A DNA stretch of 64,000 nucleotides from Antedon mediterranea. Its lineage: Eukaryota > Animalia > Echinodermata. A model generated the notes under the pieces. It made no database searches, was not told the origin of the DNA, and saw only the letters and a list, made by a program, of their open reading frames with translations. Below are positions 62,519 to 64,000 of this stretch, in pieces; positions within the stretch are counted from its first letter, which is position 1, and each line of letters begins with the position of its first letter. The DNA lies in assembly GCF_964355755.1 (NCBI RefSeq), contig NC_092672.1, forward strand, positions 27,224,437 through 27,288,436. The letters run 5' to 3'. The position numbers and the translations under genes were made by a program.

Positions 62519-63233
62519 TAGTCGCGTGGACGCGACTCTATAGTTCACTATGTCGGTCGGTCGGTCTGTCGGTCTGTCCTGTCGGTCTGTCGGTCTGTCT
62601 GTCGGTCTGTCTGTCGGTCCGGTATCACTATGCGTTTTATCGCTTTTCTTTACTTTTTGAACTGTTTTGATGTCAACATGTGGGCATTTACGTGAAATTG
62701 TGCACCTCCTATTGTGAATGACGTTAGAGTTGCGCAACGTGATTTACGCGCGATTTAACGATTTTCTCCTATTTAACATAGGTCAACAGTTTAATTTATA
62801 TCAGGCGCTAACATTCTGTTGAAAAAAAAAATGTGTTTTACACAAAGTTACGCGCGCACGCGCATTTAAAATTTTAAAATGCGCAAAATTAATTTTTAAT
62901 CAACTTTCTACGCGTTTCTTGTCATTTTGAGCATGTCAAAAATTCCCATACGCGCGCAAATGTTTACGCGCGCGGTGCGCACATAGCGTTAAATACATAC
63001 TTTTTTCGCGTGATTTATGTTTTTGCAGCCTTTTCTAATAATTTTACCAACTTTTTAACCATTTTGACTTAAATATACGTCATACGAGCACGTCGAATTG
63101 GATAATTTGCGCACGTTTTTTATGAAAAAGTTCAAAAATTCGTCAAAATTATGCCTTTTACTCTATAGTTCACTATGTCGGTCCGGTATCACTATGCATT
63201 GTAGCACGCGACTTAATGGTTGTTGGCCTTGTT
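62519..63233. mobile_element. Helentron/HINE (DINE-like) non-autonomous element
   Basis: Starts ttagtcgcgtggacgcgactc (hairpin), contains a (GTCG/GTCT)n microsatellite and a subterminal cacgcgact, and ends ggccttgtt. It is inserted in a T-run of the repeat seen uninterrupted at ~21290-21330. Confidence 0.7.
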
Positions 63234-63387
63234 AAATTACAAATCACAAACTATAACTCTTGTCTCTTTTTGAAAAAATAAGTTTTTTGGACAATGGTCT
63301 CCTATATTTTAACACCAGCAGTTCTGAAAATAATAATAATTTTTTATATTTGTGAAGTTATTAATAAACCGATTTACTTGAATAGGC

Positions 63388-64000
63388 ATGGTCTGTAAGT
63401 ACATACAGTACCTTTCTATACCTTAACTTCTAAAACTGTCTTGTATTATAATGTATCATTGTTTGGTTGCGTCTGTAAGTTAATTCCTATTTGTTAAACA
63501 TTTATAGGTACTTAATTTACAGTACTGTATCCAATTTGTGTTTTTTTTTAGGCAACAAAAAGGAAGAAGATGATGGGGCATTTGGTCTTAACAATAGTTC
63601 AAATAATAAACATGGGCTGATCCAAGATGTTAAGAAAAAGAGGGTTTCTATAATTTTTTCACCTTTCAAAAAGTTCCGTCAGAGTAAGAGTAGAAAACCC
63701 CCTTCTTATGATAAAGGTAAGAAAAGAACAATTAATGATAATAAAATAATCTGAATGCTAATAATTTTAAATTTATTAGTCAACCATCATATTCAAGAAT
63801 TCAGTAACTTTGAAATATTCATTGTTATCTGTTAAAACGTTTTCAAATCATATGCACCTTCAACAACTAAAAATGGCCAACGTTCCAATTCCACAAACGT
63901 TCTTTCTCTGATAATCACTCTAACTTAGATATAATTGGTTTTCTTTACCAAAAATCCAGTCAGGCCAACATCAACTCCTGTTGACGACAACCAGGATATG
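63388..64000 (+). CDS. Possible first coding exons of another gene (63388-63394, 63552-63716, 63960->end), product unknown
   Basis: ATG GTC T|gtaagt, a strong polypyrimidine acceptor at 63551, donor g|gtaaga at 63716 and acceptor ccag at 63959. All are phase 1 and give MVCNKKEEDDGAFG...PPSYDKVRPTSTPVDDNQDM. Confidence 0.45.

Noticed and set aside
63552-63716. Further 3' exon of the Roco gene (phase-compatible with the DED exon)
   Set aside because: The Roco model already has a terminal exon with a stop, and this exon has its own candidate ATG mini-exon at 63388. It cannot be fully excluded without transcripts.

Overview
AT-rich, intron-containing animal genomic DNA. The repeat style and immune-gene content suggest a marine invertebrate such as an echinoderm, which is inference only. 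Two + strand innate-immunity-type genes were assembled by hand from GT-AG splice sites and reading frame. (1) An NLR at 3942-9480: tandem DED, NACHT, then about 10.5 copies of a ~59-aa LRR pair in one exon. (2) A 22-exon chimeric gene at 19982-53362 (~1273 aa) in which the TAZ1 and KIX domains of CBP/p300 are spliced in frame to a Roco GTPase (ROC-COR) ending in basic NLS-like exons and a tandem DED related to the NLR's DEDs. This architecture is the standout. It resembles an animal 'integrated decoy' receptor sitting next to a possible helper NLR. Downstream lie a dead duplicate of the DED and terminal exons and a decayed Polinton/Maverick-type element (integrase and packaging-ATPase remnants, an intact Bcl-2-like ORF, an acidic ORF with SUMO-interacting-like motifs). 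The start of a third gene appears at the right edge. Introns and intergenic DNA carry LINE fragments, MITEs, Helentron-like elements, a tRNA-derived SINE and minisatellites. All gene models are manual and lack transcript support.
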